Assembly (NCBI RefSeq): GCF_014280175.1
Contig: NZ_CP047931.1
Coordinates: forward strand, 450,001 to 482,000
Reading direction: 5' to 3'
Length of the DNA stretch: 32,000 nt
Origin: Synechococcus sp. A15-28
Lineage (GTDB): Bacteria; Cyanobacteriota; Cyanobacteriia; PCC-6307; Cyanobiaceae
The stretch's first letter is position 1. Each line of letters opens with the position of its first letter. Position numbers and translations under genes: made by a program. This document shows, piece after piece, positions 30,283 to 32,000 of this stretch. The notes beneath the pieces are model-generated. The model was not told the origin of the DNA. It was given only the letters and a program-made list of their open reading frames with translations, and made no database searches.

Positions 30283-31869
30283 ATGTCCAAAGTTCTGGTT
30301 TCCGACCCGATTGATCAGGCCGGGGTCGACATTCTCAGCCAGGTGGCTCAGGTGGACCAGCGTCCTGGTCTCTCCCCCGAGGAACTGGTCAGCGTGATCG
30401 GTGATTACGACGGATTGATGATCCGTTCCGGCACGCAGGTGACCGCTGAGGTGATCGCGGCTGCATCCAAGCTCAAGATCATCGGCCGCGCCGGCGTCGG
30501 TGTGGACAACGTCGATGTGCCGGCCGCCACCCAGCGGGGGGTGCTGGTGGTGAATTCCCCGGAGGGCAACACGATCGCGGCGGCGGAGCATGCCCTGGCG
30601 ATGATGCTCACCCTGTCGCGGCATGTTCCCCAGGCCCATGCAGGCATGCGGGCCGGCAAATGGGACCGCAAGAAGTACGTCGGCAACGAGCTCTACAAGA
30701 AGACGCTCGGCGTGGTCGGGCTGGGCAAGATCGGCTCCCACGTCGCCCGCGTCGCCCGGGCCATGGGGATGGAGGTGATCGCCTACGACCCTTTCATCGC
30801 CGCTGACCGCGCCCAGCAGATGCAGGTGCGGCTCACCGAGCTGGATGAGTTGTTCCGCACTGCGGATTACGTGACGCTGCACATCCCCCGCACCAAGGAC
30901 ACCGAGAACCTGGTGAATGCGGAGCTGCTGCGCACAATGAAACCCACCGCACGGATCGTGAACTGTGCCCGTGGTGGTGTGGTGGATGAAGCGGCCATCG
31001 CTGAGGCCATCAACAACGGCGTCATCGCCGGTGCCGGCCTGGATGTGTATGCCAGCGAACCTCTGGCGGAGGACTCGCCCCTGCGGGCGGTGGAGCGCGG
31101 CCTGGTGCTGACCCCCCACCTCGGTGCGTCCACGGAGGAGGCTCAGGAGAACGTGGCCACTGATGTGGCGGAGCAGATCCGCGACGTGCTGCTGGGGCTG
31201 CCGGCACGCAGCGCCGTCAATATCCCTGGCCTGAGTGCCGAGATCATGGAGCGGCTGAAGCCGCATCTGCAGCTGGCGGAAACCGTCGGTCGCCTGGTGA
31301 GCCAGCTCTCCGGCGGCCAGGTTCAGGAACTGGAACTGCGTTTGCAGGGGGATTTCGCCAACCATCCCTCCCAGCCGCTGGTGATCGCCTCGCTGAAGGG
31401 TCTGCTGGGGGCGGTGCTGGGGGACAGTATCAACTTCGTCAACGCTTCTTTGGAAGCCAAGGCCCGCGGTATCCGCGTGCTGGAGGTGAAGGATGAAGCC
31501 AGTCGCGATTACGCCGGCGGTTCACTTCAGCTGATCAGTCGCGGTGATCAGGGCAGCCGCAGCGTCACCGGCGCGGTGTTTGCCGATGGAGATCTGCGGA
31601 TCACCAGCATCGATGAGTTCCCTGTGAACGTGACCCCCAGCAGCCACATGCTGTTTACTCGCCACCGGGACATGCCCGGCATCATCGGCCAGCTGGGATC
31701 CATGCTCGGTGAGCACAACGTGAACATCGCAGCGATGCAGGTGGGACGGAAGATCGTTCGCGGTGATGCGGTGATGGTGCTGAGCATCGACGACCCGATC
31801 CCCGCAGCGTTGCTGCAGACCGTCACCGCGATTGAGGGCATCCAGGAAGCCCATCCGGTGAGCCTCTGA
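30283..31869 (+). CDS. serA: D-3-phosphoglycerate dehydrogenase (with ACT domain)
   Basis: MSKVLVSDPIDQAGVDILSQVAQVD, GRAGVGVDNVDVPAATQRGVLVVNSPEGNT, GVVGLGKIGSHVARVA, NCARGGVVDEAAI, C-terminal ACT domain RDMPGIIGQLGSMLGEHNVNIAAMQVGR. Confidence 0.97.
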   Translation: MSKVLVSDPIDQAGVDILSQVAQVDQRPGLSPEELVSVIGDYDGLMIRSGTQVTAEVIAAASKLKIIGRAGVGVDNVDVPAATQRGVLVVNSPEGNTIAAAEHALAMMLTLSRHVPQAHAGMRAGKWDRKKYVGNELYKKTLGVVGLGKIGSHVARVARAMGMEVIAYDPFIAADRAQQMQVRLTELDELFRTADYVTLHIPRTKDTENLVNAELLRTMKPTARIVNCARGGVVDEAAIAEAINNGVIAGAGLDVYASEPLAEDSPLRAVERGLVLTPHLGASTEEAQENVATDVAEQIRDVLLGLPARSAVNIPGLSAEIMERLKPHLQLAETVGRLVSQLSGGQVQELELRLQGDFANHPSQPLVIASLKGLLGAVLGDSINFVNASLEAKARGIRVLEVKDEASRDYAGGSLQLISRGDQGSRSVTGAVFADGDLRITSIDEFPVNVTPSSHMLFTRHRDMPGIIGQLGSMLGEHNVNIAAMQVGRKIVRGDAVMVLSIDDPIPAALLQTVTAIEGIQEAHPVSL

Positions 31870-32000
31870 TGTGGTGGCGTCTTACGATGGCGTGTCCTCC
31901 TGAATTGGAGGAATCGCTGGTTTGGAAACTGACGGACCTCGGTCTGCACCGCCATGCGGTGCAGCATGCTCCGGAGACGCCGGATCAGAAGCAGCTGCTG
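31869..32000 (+). CDS. prmA: Ribosomal protein L11 methyltransferase, N-terminal fragment (partial)
   Basis: ATG overlaps the serA stop (TGATG); open to window end; MWWRLTMACPPELEESLVWKLTDLGLHRHAVQHAPETPDQKQLL resembles the PrmA N-terminus. Confidence 0.6.
   Translation, partial: MWWRLTMACPPELEESLVWKLTDLGLHRHAVQHAPETPDQKQLL

Noticed and set aside
30250-31365. 371-aa minus-strand ORF opposite serA
   Set aside because: Shadow ORF of serA, His/Gln-rich nonsense translation.

Overview
This 32 kb, high-GC window has the gene content and order of a marine picocyanobacterium (Synechococcus-like). That assignment is inferred from protein families such as atpC/atpD, groESL, PSRP-3/Ycf65, FtrV, DUF1818/DUF2811 and the PSII S4-domain protein; no database was searched. 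Most of the window is compact core genome with many 1-4 nt gene overlaps. The main accessory region lies at about 15.39-19.20 kb, between groEL and secG. It is an AT-richer block with about 600 bp of apparently non-coding sequence followed by a SAM methyltransferase, a GT61/DUF563-like glycosyltransferase and a family-2-like sulfotransferase, which suggests a cell-surface glycan modification cassette. Other notable observations are: a near-perfect K-box plus CIRCE arrangement upstream of groES; a HAD phosphatase whose catalytic DxD motif lies upstream of every in-frame ATG/GTG/TTG; a 37-nt near-perfect palindrome in the island's non-coding flank; an inverted pair of TTTTCCACA (DnaA-box-like) motifs in the 25.5-25.8 kb gap; an acidic Ala-rich N-terminal extension on PSRP-3; and a divergent Hsp70-like gene. 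I found no CRISPR array, transposase, integrase or recognisable defence system.
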